DNA of 49,005 nt from Octopus bimaculoides (taxonomy: Eukaryota): NCBI RefSeq assembly GCF_001194135.2, contig NC_068984.1, positions 62,405,522-62,454,526 on the forward strand. The letters are read 5' to 3'. The notes below the pieces were generated by a model. The model worked only from the letters and a program-made list of their open reading frames with translations, did no database searches and had not been told where the DNA came from. The position numbers were made by a program, and so were the translations under genes. Within the stretch, counting starts at the first letter, position 1. Each line of letters starts with the position of its first letter. Of the stretch, positions 1 to 11,742 are shown in pieces.

Positions 1-199
1 TAGGGCTCTTAATCGTAGATTTTAAATATTTGCGAGACAACAATGCATAAATCGTAATTTTTAAAAGAGCAATGAAATCTAGGTGAATAGAATATATACG
101 TAGCATGAATTTAGGAAGCTTAGAAAATGAATAAGTATGAATTTAAGACAAAAACTGAATTCAATTGAATTTCATGGAGAGAAACAAGATAAATAATAG

Positions 200-322
200 A
201 GGGCAGACTAAAGCGCGAAAAGTATGAGATGTTGAGGCCGATTTGTTCAACTAAAATCCTTCAAGGTAGTGCTCCAGCATGGCCACCCACAAATGACTAA
301 CACAAGTATAAAAATAAAAGAG
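200..322 (+). mobile_element. SINE 3' tail fragment (family A tail)
   Basis: Contains gtgctccagcatggcc...aaatgactaacacaagtataaaaataaaagag, the tail motif repeated at 20520-20580, 22120-22200 (minus), 30930-30990 and 42830-42890. Confidence 0.7.
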
Positions 323-982
323 GAGAATGTATTTGTCTGGCAAGTGATTTAATCTGAGACCATTTATTGAAACTAAATCAATTACAGTGTGGAACTCACA
401 ATATCTTCCCTTAAACTTTTATTATTTTGTGTCAAAATCTTTTTCACATATTGTGATCTGGTTACTACTGACAAGGTTCCACCAAAATGATTTTACAAAG
501 CAAATATACAATTAAGCACTCTTAGTAGTGGACTTACAATACATCAGCCAATGTTGTCCCCAGTGAACTGAAATAATATTAAATTATTTCAACTAACTTG
601 AGTTTTTCATGCTGCAATAACTAAAGAACATACTGTTGAATATAATGCAAAATAGCAGCATTATCAAAGTACACTACTATCATGTTTTTGAATTTGAAGG
701 ACGTTAAAGCAGGACTTATAAATCAGATGTTTAAGATATTAGAATAGAAAGCTTGAATAACTCAGGAAACTAAAAAAAAAATTTGAAATTACAGAAAACT
801 TAAGATATTCAACAATCTGAGAACTATCCTTGTAAATAAAAGTGATGTTTTCAGAATCTAGCTAGTAAGTTCCATACACTTCCTCATTGAGTAAAAGAAT
901 ATGCAGAATAAAGAGCAATGAGTAATTGGATAGATGGCAGTTATGTAAAGGGGACAGTATTAGAAAAATATAAAGACTAATT

Positions 983-1420
983 CTAATGTTGCATCTTTTT
1001 ATGTATCTTCCTCAGACAAATGTTAAAATAAAACATAAAAATACTATAGAAATATCGAGTTGTGTCATCTGCAAATCCCCAGTCCAAGTATAAAATAATC
1101 TCTAATGCAAGAATGTGAAAATATTTTCTCAGAGGCCATTGAAAATAAATCATCTGTCTAGATACATTAAGTTTTTCATGTAGGCAAAACTGCAATATTA
1201 ATGAGCTATATATTCACATAAATGAAACAGAATATATTGTGGGAATCAATAAATGGCCAACATATGAAATTTATCCATAATTTATTCTTTAGGTATTTCA
1301 TTGATTCTAACATATTTTCTGTCCAATTTCCCCATATGGATAATGTGGCACAAGACTATCAAGAATTATCTGTAATATACTCCTTGTTGCTGTACAACAA
1401 CCAAACTTTTTTGTGAAATT
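983..1420 (-). mobile_element. Possible ancient LINE reverse-transcriptase relic
   Basis: The minus ORF reads PLRKYFHILALEII...FADDT, resembling RT motifs PLSPxLFxLALE and [YF]ADD, but the spacing is compressed and upstream motifs are barely recognisable. Confidence 0.3.
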
Positions 1421-1589
1421 TATCACACGGTTATGCAATCAAACTCTTGTAAATATAAGATTCAAATTTTCACTTTTGCACAAGTAAATTTGCTTTAAAT
1501 ATCTATCAGATTGTTACTAGCTAGTAAGAGAGAAATAACTACATGTGAGAACTTAAATAGTTGTCCTACTAGAAATAGTACTCAACGAG

Positions 1590-1730
1590 TAAAAGCAGCA
1601 TCTTGAAAATGGAAAACATTGAAAGCAGACTTAAAATATGCAGATGTTAGAATTTCAATGGTTCATACATATGTGATCATAAGTGTAGTCAATCACAAGT
1701 TAGAGAAAGCTAAAAGTGTGCGCCCATTGA
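1590..1730 (+). mobile_element. Possible mariner transposase micro-relic
   Basis: Broken frames give ...FNGSY... and KVCAH* (aaagtgtgcgcccattga), similar to the mariner ISxGSV...KVCARW segment. Very degraded. Confidence 0.25.
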
Positions 1731-2111
1731 TTTTATTTCCTCATAACATTCAGAAAATGGGTATTTTTAAATGAAATTTTCAATAAATATTTAATAGCAT
1801 TTGTTGATTAAAATTACAATTTTATTGCAGTTTAATGAAAAACCAAAATTAGTAGGCTCACACTCATATATACCGACACACATTGCAAAACTTTTTACTG
1901 AATTTCAAGTTTCATTTTGTAGATATGATATGTGTCAGTATGTATGTGTGTGTGTAGCCACCGGTTTCTGTTCCCTCATTAAATTCCTACATAATTGTTA
2001 TCTACATCATCTGAAAGTTATTTGTAGAAATTTCATTGAAAAATATCCATTTTTCTGTAAATTATGAGGACTCAAATTTGCGGTGGGGCACAATAGTATA
2101 TACATATATAT

Positions 2112-2299
2112 ATCATCATCATCATCATCATCATCGTTTAACGTCCGCTTTCCATGCTAGCATGGGTTGGACGATTTGACTGAGGACTGGTGAAACCGGA
2201 TGGCAACACCAGGCTCCAGTCTGATTTGGCAGAGTTTCTACAGCTGGATGCCCTTCCTAACGCCAACCACTCAGAGAGTGTAGTGGGTGCTTTTACGTG
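2112..2299 (-). mobile_element. RTE LINE 3' end (5'-truncated copy)
   Basis: Near-identical to the 3' end at 4060-4228 and to the tail of the RTE at 43935-44130. Ends in a (GAT)n tail on the minus strand. Confidence 0.9.
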
Positions 2300-3384
2300 A
2301 GATATATATATATATATACCAAATTGAAAATATAGTCTAAAATATACATAAGTCAAGATTGCAATGGTTTATAGGTATTTTCATCATAGGTATACTGAAT
2401 CACAATTGGAATACAGAAAACTGATATCATTTTGTTTGAAATGTACTGGTATAAGCTCTAGAAACACAAAATTAAGGACCTAAATTAACCCACATAGCAC
2501 AAATACAACACATTTAACATAATACATTTTGACAATTGCATCTTCATGCTTGAGATAATAAGTAACAAGCATTCCTATTAAAAGAATTCCATTTATGAAG
2601 GAACTGTTTCAAGTATTTCAAAATGGAAACAGGCATTCATTCATTCTGATACCCATTCAACCATCAGCTAGTTATTTGTGGAGGCTTCCATCTGTCCAGC
2701 AGCTATTGGCCTATCCAAACATCTGCCTATCCATCCCTCCATCTAGACAGTCAAACCAGCCAGCCAGCCAATTAATCAGTGCATCAGCCCTGGACATATA
2801 GAAACATCCATAATCAGGATCTCACTTACTCACCTAGAACTGTCAACTGTGAACTCACAAGGAAGTGCACACACTGTAACAATTTCCAATATTAATCATC
2901 ATAAGAGCAGATCTACCATACTGTGCAATGAAAGAAGCATCCTTTCAAAAATGTTCAAACCATTAGCCACAATACTTTAGAAAGGTCACATTAGCTATAA
3001 CTGGTTCAAATCCAATTGCAAAATAGGCAGCACCTTCTTGCTCATTCAATGTGAATACCCTCCAGGCACTGACTACCAGTGTTGCCAACCACTGCTAACA
3101 ACCACCAACAAGAAACCTAATGCAGCAGGAACATAAAGTATATTGATACTATAATACTATGTAACATATGATGATGCTATAATACTATGTAATGTTCTAT
3201 GTCTAGATGGGATACTAAGCTATATCGTAGAGCAATAGAAGGTATGTATTTGCATTTCATATCACTTTAGTTCAGCACCACAGACAAGTTTTATGCAAAA
3301 CTATTTTGCCACAAACTGGAGGATCACACACATAATAAAACAATTAAGTACATGATTATAATTTTACTGTTATGTATATTAACA

Positions 3385-3592
3385 TAGTGAGTGGCAGAAT
3401 TGTTACTGTACTGGGCAGAAAGCTTAGCAGTGTTTTGTCCATATTTATGTTCTGAGTTCAAATTCTACCAAGGTCAAATTTGCCTTTCTCCTTCCGGGGT
3501 CAATAAAATAAGTACCAATTGAGTACTGCGGCCGATATAATGGACTAGCTCCCTTTCTCAAACTTTTTGACCTTGTGCCAAAATTGGAAACC
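3385..3592 (+). mobile_element. tRNA-derived SINE (family B)
   Basis: A-box-like tggcagaattgtta and B-box-like gagttcaaattc, then the central block tttgcctttc...ggggtcaataaaataagtacc, also seen at 17480, 18030 (minus), 24480 (minus), 32060, 38050 and 41700 (minus). Confidence 0.8.
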
Positions 3593-3689
3593 AATTATAT
3601 GTATAAAGCAAATGTAAATACTACAGTGTATATTATACACTTTATTTCTTCTACTATTGCTACTCAGAACTTAAAAATCTATTCTTTCT

Positions 3690-4228
3690 GTGTGACCTGG
3701 CACCAAATGATCCATGGACACTAAACTCAGCTTGCGAAGACCTGTTGGGCAAGTGAAAGCGAAATCGTGATGGCACCTGTACCAGTGGAGCGCTAAGAGC
3801 ATCATCCAAGCGTTATCATTGCCAGAGCAGCTTTCTGGCTTCCGTGCCAGTGGCACCTAAATAACACCATTTCAGCGTGATCGTTATCAGCGTCACCTTC
3901 CTGGCACTTGTCTTGGTGGCACGTGAAAAGACATTCGAGCGAAGTCGTTGCCAGTGCCGCTGGACTGGCTCCTGTGCAGTCGGCACGTAAAATATACCAT
4001 TTTGAGCGTGGCCGTTGCCAGTACCGCCTGTTTGGCCTTCGTGCCAGTGGCACGTAAAAGCACCCACTACACTCTCAGAGTGGTTGGTGTTAGGAAGGGC
4101 ATCCAGCTGTAGAAACTCTGCCAAATCAGATTGGAGCCTGGTGTAACCATCTGGTCCGCCAGTCCTCAGTTAAATCGTCCAATCCATGCTAGCATGGAAA
4201 ACGGATGTTAAACGATGATGATGATGAT
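3690..4228 (+). mobile_element. RTE LINE 3' UTR copy with internal tandem units
   Basis: Repeated ccagtggcac...aaaa units, followed by the conserved 170-nt 3' end and a (GAT)n tail that runs into (AT)n. Confidence 0.9.
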
Positions 4229-4548
4229 ATATATATATATATATATATANNNNNNNNNNNNNNNNNNNNNNNNNNNNNNNNNNNNNNNNNNNNNNNNNNN
4301 NNNNNNNNNNNNNNNNNNNNNNNNAAATAGTAATCTCTCGGCTATCGTGGGTGTTACATTCCAAAACCCCAGTGATACATAAGTAGAAACAGTACTGTAT
4401 ATTTTAAAAAATTATTTTTATAATTTGTATATATTTATCTTATTATAAATGCAAAACAACACCCCACACTTGCCTCCTGAGTTTCGTTTTCCCAACAGTA
4501 TGGGCAATTCTTTGTTTACGCATCTATGGTACACTATGTATTCTCTGG

Positions 4549-5150
4549 CAGGGGGTTTCAAAATATTTTGTATCATTTCGCAATCTAATAACTTTGCCAG
4601 TTCTTGTTCAAATGACTTCAAATTTTAATAGCATGTGTAGAAACAGATCAAATTGTATATTTAATGTTTGATATGTTTATTTTCTCAGCTATGGAAATGG
4701 CATTCACTGGAAGAGAAAAGCGTTTTGTGTGTTGGAATATGCTCAAACACAGTCAAACATTTGTGAGAGTTCTCTAAAAATGTAGTTTTCGACATGGCAC
4801 AAAAAATTCAAAGAGGAAGGCTGTCTGTGCAGGGCAAAATGATCTGGACGACCACTAACATTGGAAGAGATGGTCGTAAGAAGAGATGGTCATAAGAAAA
4901 ACAAGTCTGGAAACCCAGATTCCTCCAAAGACAGTTTGGTGCATCCCAGGGAAACACTTACAAATGAAACCCTACAAGCTGCAGCACGTTTGGGCCATAA
5001 TGGTAGATGACAAGAAAAAGTGCAAACATGGGGCTATGTGAAGGGCTTGGTCTATGTCCCCACTCTTCCTAGAAACCTAGAGGAACTCAAGCAGAGAATC
5101 ACTACCATATTGGAGACTTTTACTCAAGACATGCTGCAGTGTGTTTGGAA
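4549..5150 (+). mobile_element. Internally deleted Tc1/mariner-superfamily (maT/DD37D-like) transposon
   Basis: TIR-like cagggggtttcaaaat at 4549. Fragments MAFTG..FCVLEYAQTQS, ETQIPPKTVWCI..KHLQMKPYKLQHV and WGYVKGLVYVPTLPRNLEELKQRITTILETFTQDMLQCVW. The catalytic middle is missing. Confidence 0.75.
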
Positions 5151-5365
5151 GGTCCCTTAAAGATAAAAGGCATAGCCATATCATGGAGTGGGAGATAATC
5201 AATACAGCTAAACTGTATCAAGCTGGAGGAAAAAGTTGTGAGTTTTGCATAGAAGAAATATGCCAGATCTTCACATTGAGACACAAATTATTTAATAACA
5301 GGCCGGAACAGGTCTTAAGTTGCTTGCATAAACATAAAAAAGAAATAATAAATGCGCCCTTTTAA
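5150..5365 (+). mobile_element. Penelope-like element ORF C-terminus (GIY-YIG endonuclease tail)
   Basis: LKDK...WEII..AKLYQAGGKSCEFCIEE..I....LFNNRPEQVLSCLHKHK fits the recalled W-x-I...Y-x2-G-x2-C-x2-C...LLNxRxE...C-x-H pattern at the end of PLE ORFs. Confidence 0.75.
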
Positions 5366-5600
5366 AGCCTAGCCAGGCTCATGGGCCCGGTTTCCCGGTT
5401 TCAATGGCGTATGTGTTCCCCAGCTGGATGGGACATCAGCCCATCGCAGCAGTACTCATTTTTGCCAGCTGAGTGAACTGGAGCAACGTGAAATGAAGTG
5501 TTTTGCTCAAGAACACAACGCGTCGCCCAGTCCAGGAATCGAAACCACAATCTTACGAACATGGTGCTGACACCCTAACCACTAATCCACGCGCCTCCGC
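5366..5600 (-). mobile_element. tRNA-derived CORE-type SINE, apparently full length
   Basis: The minus strand begins ggaggcgcgtggattagtggttagggtgtc (A box), then gtggtttcgattcc (B box) and the CORE-like ttgagcaaaacacttcatttcacgttgctccag. Tail gaaaccgggaaaccgggccc. Confidence 0.85.
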
Positions 5601-5668
5601 ATTTGTATAAACGTACCAAATATTTAAGAAATTTAACGAACGTTCTAGATAACTCAAAATACCATCCA

Positions 5669-5710
5669 CTGATGGATGGAATAGGAATGATAGAAGCACA
5701 TATTCCAAAT
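5669..5710 (+). ncRNA. Degenerate hammerhead-like relic
   Basis: ctgatgga, then a perfect 7-bp stem tggaata/tattcca, then aat where GAAA is expected. Lies downstream of a PLE ORF end. Stems I and III not found. Confidence 0.25.
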
Positions 5711-5929
5711 TCCACTATTACATACATTTTGTCATAACCAACCTAGTATATATTGTGTCTACTCTCTACTACGCAACACAAATACTATAGCCACAAAAAT
5801 ATATGAATAAGTAAAAACATTACATTACAAGGACTACAGTTGAAAGTAAGGTTATTAAGTACTCAACTACTCCAATACACAATGAAGTCTACCAAAAAAC
5901 AGTAACAACAACCTCAATCTAATTAGACA

Positions 5930-6110
5930 TAGTTCTGACTTCAGCCAGCAACTGCTGAAGTCAACCACACAAGCTTCTAAACAGATCAGATCTCATTTTC
6001 AGAGCAGTTTCCCCTCACAACTCCCTGAACCCTAATCAACAAACAACTAACTAAGACCATAAATGAAGCTGCACAGAAAATTATGCCTAATTGCATGCAT
6101 AAATCCTTAT
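5930..6110 (+). mobile_element. Possible ancient LINE endonuclease-RT linker relic
   Basis: Frameshifted reading SQQLLKSTTQASKQIRSHF.../INKQLTKTINEAAQKIMP resembles LINE linker helices, with no diagnostic motif. Confidence 0.2.
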
Positions 6111-6646
6111 AATCTTTGTAAGGGAAAATATGTAGGTCGTAATAACCAAAAAAAATATGCTGTATGAAATTGTAAAATAAAAAGAAAAAAATTCTGATGA
6201 TGAACAAGTTTTTTCAAAATTATATATCAATATATATTCTCCAGCATTATAATTATTGCTATTATAAACACCAGATAATATTACGTTCCAGAGAAATGAA
6301 TATGGAATTACCCAATGGAGGAAGCTGCAGCATGAGTGACAAGACATAGTAGTCATAGATGTTAAATACTAATGAATGCAGTTAGCCATAAGCTGGAATA
6401 TAAGTGAGAGTCAGCACAATATCTACCCACATAATATATCCCTCTAAACTTTATATATANNNNNNNNNNNNNNNNNNNNNNNNNNNNNNNNNNNNNNNNN
6501 NNNNNNNNNNNNNNNNNNNNNNNNNNNNNNNNNNNNNNNNNNNNNNNNNNNNNNNNNNNNNNNNNNNNNNNNNNNNNNNNNNNNNNNNNNNNNNNNNNNN
6601 NNNNNNNNNNNNNNNNNNNNNNNNNNNNNNNNNNNNNNNNNNNNNN

Positions 6647-6693
<47 letters not shown>

Positions 6694-6739
6694 TATATAT
6701 ACATATGTATATACACACACATGCACACATAAATATAAA

Positions 6740-6820
6740 ATCTTTCTTGTGTCTTTTATTTCTTTCAGTCATTGGACTACTGCCCTGCTGAAGCACCACC
6801 CTGAAGGGGTTAGTTGAACA
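6740..6820 (-). mobile_element. SINE family A tail fragment
   Basis: ttatttctttcagtcattggactactgccctgctgaagcaccacc is the reverse complement of the recurrent tail. Confidence 0.65.
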
Positions 6821-7693
6821 TATACATGTAATTAATTTACTGTTTTGTTATTGGTTGGATAAACAAAAATGTATTTTGTCCAATGAGAGATAAATACCCT
6901 TCAATGGACACTGTATTTAAATAGAAGTGTGTATAAGTTTCATGCTATGAGAACACAAGAAATTGGCAACTTTATATATATAGAGCATTGTGATTCCAAG
7001 GAATCATACTCAACTATACAACATGGGTGGTCTTCTTTGATAAAAGAAGAAAGGCAATTGCTCTTTGAAGAAGCAATTTACTGAGATAGAACGCTACTCT
7101 TCAAGAAAACACGAGAAAAGATGAAAGGAAGGTAAAGGCAAGGAGTGAAATGAGAAAAAGGGCAAAAAAGGGAATGATATAAATAAAAAGAGAAAAACAA
7201 AAACGAAAATCGAGAGTTGCATTTTTTTGTCCATTCAGATAAAGAAGTGATCAGGATGGTTTTCGAATCCGAAGTAAAATAGTTGGCATAAATTAATTCA
7301 ACTGGGAGAAGATCAAAGTTTATGAGTCTGCATGCTTAATCCAGAGAGAGCAGTGTCCTCCAGTTCAACAGAGAAAATTTATCTATACGTTTACATGTAA
7401 TATGAATTTCAGATCTGAAATTTAGTTGGCCCATTCTTAGAAATGAAAAAAAAAAAAACCCAGATCTTTCAGCTACACAAAGCCTGCATCCCTTTGATGC
7501 ATGAACACATAGTATGGATCACTCCATGATGTTCCACCTAATAGTGAATGGTGTGCAGTTGGCCTTCAAAAAAAGATCAGCCATTTTGTATATTTGAGTC
7601 TAAAAGAAAGATTACTTGGAAATACAAGGCTTGATATATAACCTTACTTGTATATTGTGTATGTAAAATGCTGTGTCCATATGTGTATATATG

Positions 7694-7699
<6 letters not shown>

Positions 7700-7761
<62 letters not shown>

Positions 7762-7824
7762 NNNNNNNNNNNNNNNNNNNNNNNNNNNNNNNNNNNNNNN
7801 NNNNNNNNNNNNNNNNNNNNNNNN

Positions 7825-7869
<45 letters not shown>

Positions 7870-7882
7870 TAGAGAGAGAGAG
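7700..7882. repeat. (AC)n and (AG)n microsatellites around an N gap
   Basis: Directly visible. Confidence 0.95.
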
Positions 7883-8063
7883 AGGAGGTAATATTTATCA
7901 CCACTAAAAATAGATGTTCTGTTTGAACAAACAACACTGCAGTAGCTATCATGGGAGAAATTCTCATACTGGTTTTTGGTGCAAAGCACTCTTGTTAATA
8001 TCACTAGTGGAGAGATAAATCTCCACCACCTCCAGTGCCGAGACCACCACACGCACACACTCA

Positions 8064-9940
8064 TACAAATTGCTAGATCAAGTGATGAAGGTCGTCGGGA
8101 GGGTCATAGCCAAACTAATTAGGGAGAGAGTTAGCCTAGATGAGAGGCAGTTTTATTTTGTGCCAGGTAGAAGCACTGCTGATGCTATATTTCTGGTAAG
8201 GCAACTGCAGGAAAAATACCTAGCCAAAGATAAACCTCTGTACTTGGCTTTTGTTGACTTGGAGGAAACCTTTCACAGGGTCCTACAATTTCTTATCTAG
8301 TGGTCAATGCGGAAACTAGGGACAGACCAGTGGTTCGTAAGAGCTGTACGAGCCCTGTACAGGGATGTTGTCAGTAAGGTGAGTGTTGGCAACAAGTATA
8401 GTGAAGAATTCCAGGTAGAAGTAGGGGTTCACCACAGATCAGTCCTCAGTCCCCTCTTATTCATTATAGTCCCCCAGGCAATAACAGAGGAATTTAAGAC
8501 AGGCTTCCCCTGGGAGCTCCTCTATGCTGATGACCTTGCTCTAATAGCTGAGTCACTACCAGAACTACAGATGAAGTTTCAAGTGTGGAAGCAAGGTTTA
8601 AAATCGAAGGGCCTTAAAGTCAATGTTGCAAAAACCAAAGTCCTAGTAAGTAAGAAGACAGACAAACCACAAACCCCTTCAGGTAGATAGCTCTGCTCGA
8701 TCTCTAGAAGAAGTGTAGGTAGAAACTCCATAAGCTATACCCAGTGTAAGCTATGGGTACATAAGAGGTGCAGCAACATCAAAGGAAGGTTAACTGAGAT
8801 AGTTTTTGTGTGTGGCAGATGCACAGGGGTGATAAACACTAAAGACGTACAGAAAACAGCTTCCATCACATGCCAGGGTAACCTAGAAGTAGATGATAGC
8901 TCCTGCTACCTATGTGACCAAGTCTGTAGTGGGGGTGGATGCACTGAGAGCATAGTCACTAGAATAAGAATAGGCTGGGCAAAGTTCAGAAAGCTCCTTT
9001 TACTACTGGTAACAAAGGGCCTCTCTTTCAAAGTGAAAGGTAGACTGTATGATGCATTTGTGCAAATAGCGATGCTACACAGCAGTGAAATATGGGCCAT
9101 GTATACTGAAGACATACGTAGGCTTGAAATGACGAAGCTAGTATGATCTGCTGAATGTGTAATGTCAGTGTGCATTCACGACAGTGTGTAAGCGCTCTGA
9201 GAGAAATTTTGGACATAAGAAGCATCAGATGTGGCATGCAAGAGTGACGACTGGGCTGGTATAGTCATGTGCTGCGTATGGACGAGGAGAGCTGTGTGAA
9301 TAAGTGACACGCCCTAAGAGTAGAGGGATTCTGTCGAAGTGGTAAATCCAGGAATACATGGCACGAGATGGTGAATCATGACCTTTGAACGATGGGCCTC
9401 ACAGAGGCAATGACAAGAGATCAAGACCTTTGGCGATATGTTGTGCTTGAGAAGACCCAGCAAGTATAGTGAGATGGTAGCTGTGGCCGATACCAGAGTC
9501 GCATAACCAGCCCATATAAAAGTACCCTTGAATCAGTGGGCGTTACGCTGTGCTTGAGAAGACTAGTTGAGTCAATTGTTGCCAATGACCTGGCAAGTAA
9601 AGTGAGATCATAGCCGGGGCCGATACCAGTGTCGCATAATCTGCCCATTTAAAAGTACCCCTGAATCGTTGTGTGATACGCTGTGCTTGAGAAGACCTAT
9701 TGAGTTAAGTGAAATCGAAATCACAATGGAAATGGTAGTTGTCGCCGATGCCAGTACCGCCTGTCTGACACCCGTGCTGGTGGTACGTAATAAGTATCAT
9801 TCATGCGTGGAGCGATGCCAGTGCCACCTGACTGACCCCACATGCCAGTGGCATGTAAAAAGCACCATCTAAACGTGGCTGATGCCAGTGCCCCTATACT
9901 GACTCCTAAGCCATTGGAACATAAAAAGTACCATCTGAAT
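8064..9940 (+). mobile_element. 5'-truncated, decayed RTE-clade LINE (RT domain, PHD finger, C-terminus, repetitive 3' UTR)
   Basis: RT motifs QFYFVPGRSTADAIF, AFVDLEETF, GVHHRSVLSPLLF, ELLYADDL and GLKVNVAKTKV, plus the C-terminal GRLYDAFVQIAMLHSSEIW. Multiple stops and frameshifts. Confidence 0.95.
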
Positions 9941-10233
9941 GTGGTACTTTCATAAATATATATTTGAATATATATACACAAATACATACATACATACATA
10001 CATACATACATACATACATAAATACATACATATACATATANNNNNNNNNNNNNNNNNNNNNNNNNNNNNNNNNNNNNNNNNNNNNNNNNNNNNNNNNNNN
10101 NNNNNNNNNNNNNNNNNNNNNNNNNNNNNNNNNNNNNNNNNNNNNNNACATACATATATATATACATGGATATATATATATACATATATATATATATACA
10201 TATATATACATATATACATATACATATATACAT

Positions 10234-10285
<52 letters not shown>

Positions 10286-10317
10286 GCATACATATATGTA
10301 CCTGTGTATATAGACAC

Positions 10318-10390
10318 GCAATAGGCTTCTTTCAGTTTCCGTCTACCGAATTCACTGACAAGGCTTTGGCGTGCCTGGTGTTTTATTAGA
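10318..10390 (-). mobile_element. SINE family A head fragment
   Basis: ggcttctttcagtttccgtctaccgaattcactgacaaggctttgg matches 22698-22745 and 29885-29935. Confidence 0.75.
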
Positions 10391-10905
10391 AGAGACTCGC
10401 AAATTTCTTACCGCAAGCTGTGCCTTCTTACATTGCACACCATCATACACATATATACAATATTGCGCACATACTTACTTTATACACACACATACATATA
10501 TGGCTGAAGAGAATCTTTGTGTCGACTAATTACTTGAAAAATTTATTAGACTTAACAACAGAAAAATGTGATAGGCAAAATCGCATATGATTATTATTAT
10601 TATCATAAAAACCAGACACGATATTGCTGCCTTGAGATTGTGCTTACGAATTAGTGTTCGTTACTGAAACTTGTTGATTAATTATAAACATATATATTTC
10701 GGTAGGTTCTTTCTAAAATGTGACATTGTCTCAAATAATCTACTCTTGGACTGATTGACTGAGGAGCTCTCGAAGGGAATTAAATTGGTTTTCTTGACAA
10801 ATAATAAAATATTCTTGTCTGCAATGTCGACATTAAATTAATGACAAAAAATAAAACGCTTCTCAAAACGACAGATCTTCTATTCACCTCACGCATATAC
10901 ATCAT

Positions 10906-10908
10906 AAC

Positions 10909-10942
<34 letters not shown>

Positions 10943-10947
10943 ACAAC

Positions 10948-11028
<81 letters not shown>
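10906..11028. repeat. (AAC)n-(AAT)n compound microsatellite
   Basis: Directly visible. Confidence 0.95.
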
Positions 11029-11742
11029 CAGAAGAAGAAGCCTATAGCAATTACCCCACTTTTCAGAATTCTTTATTTAGTTTTGTGCCACAGAGGACAG
11101 ATTATTTCATACCTCATACGGGGATAGAAATTGCTTAGAGGTTGAAAACGAGAATGATATTTTAAGTAATTCATGTTATTGCCGAACAGAAAAATGAAGT
11201 GGTGTCAGTTTATATAAAAATAAATATCTATTGCAAATCTTGATATAGGTTTATGTAAGTTGTGTATACCACACATACACACACACACACACACACACTC
11301 ACACACACACATGCACGCACACACACATACATATTCATACGTAAATTCATATACCTATGTGCACAATTGCAAAAAGAACACACAGAGACACACATACATG
11401 CACATGCATACACACACGCGCATACACACACTTACATGCATGCATCATCTCACATTCGTAAACTAGAAGAACACTCATAAAACTATATTTATTATTCTTA
11501 TTCACTATGTGACTTAGTGTCAAATCTCTCCCCCTCTCTCTCTCTCTCTCTTAAATTCTATGTAAACTTGTGAAGTCAGACAATGTCAGACAAGCTTTTC
11601 TCTTTCTCTCACTCTCTGTGCCTTTCATTTTCTGTCTCAAAGAGAAAGACAGAGAGAGAGAGAGAGCAATAAAGAAAGAGAGAAGGGATAATGGTGGTAC
11701 ATGCAAATTCTTTTTCATTTCTCTTTCTCTCTTTGGGAATTT

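Noticed and set aside
2180-2205. ctgaggactggtgaaacc in the RTE tails as a hammerhead core
   Set aside because: Only 5 nt with no pairing separate CTGAGGA and GAAAC, there are no stems I or III, and it is antisense to the element.
3144-3195. Short local duplications (28-nt period here, 32-nt at 19092/19124, 27-nt at 48456/48483)
   Set aside because: Ordinary slippage duplications with no further structure.
6362-6817. Long ORFs in the track spanning (AT)n/(AC)n and N gaps (also 7612-7967, 9721-10389, 13393-13875, 14767-15655, 36265-36719, 45483-45913)
   Set aside because: They are open only because dinucleotide repeats and Ns contain no stops; the translations are YI/HT/VC repeats.
6985-7135. 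Protein-like plus-strand frame ending at AAG|GTAAAG
   Set aside because: All three frames contain stops between the putative acceptor and donor.
7885-8064. Unique-looking ORF segment (SRHWRWWRF...) before the RTE
   Set aside because: No recognisable motif or splice signals; the ORF length comes from the adjacent microsatellites.
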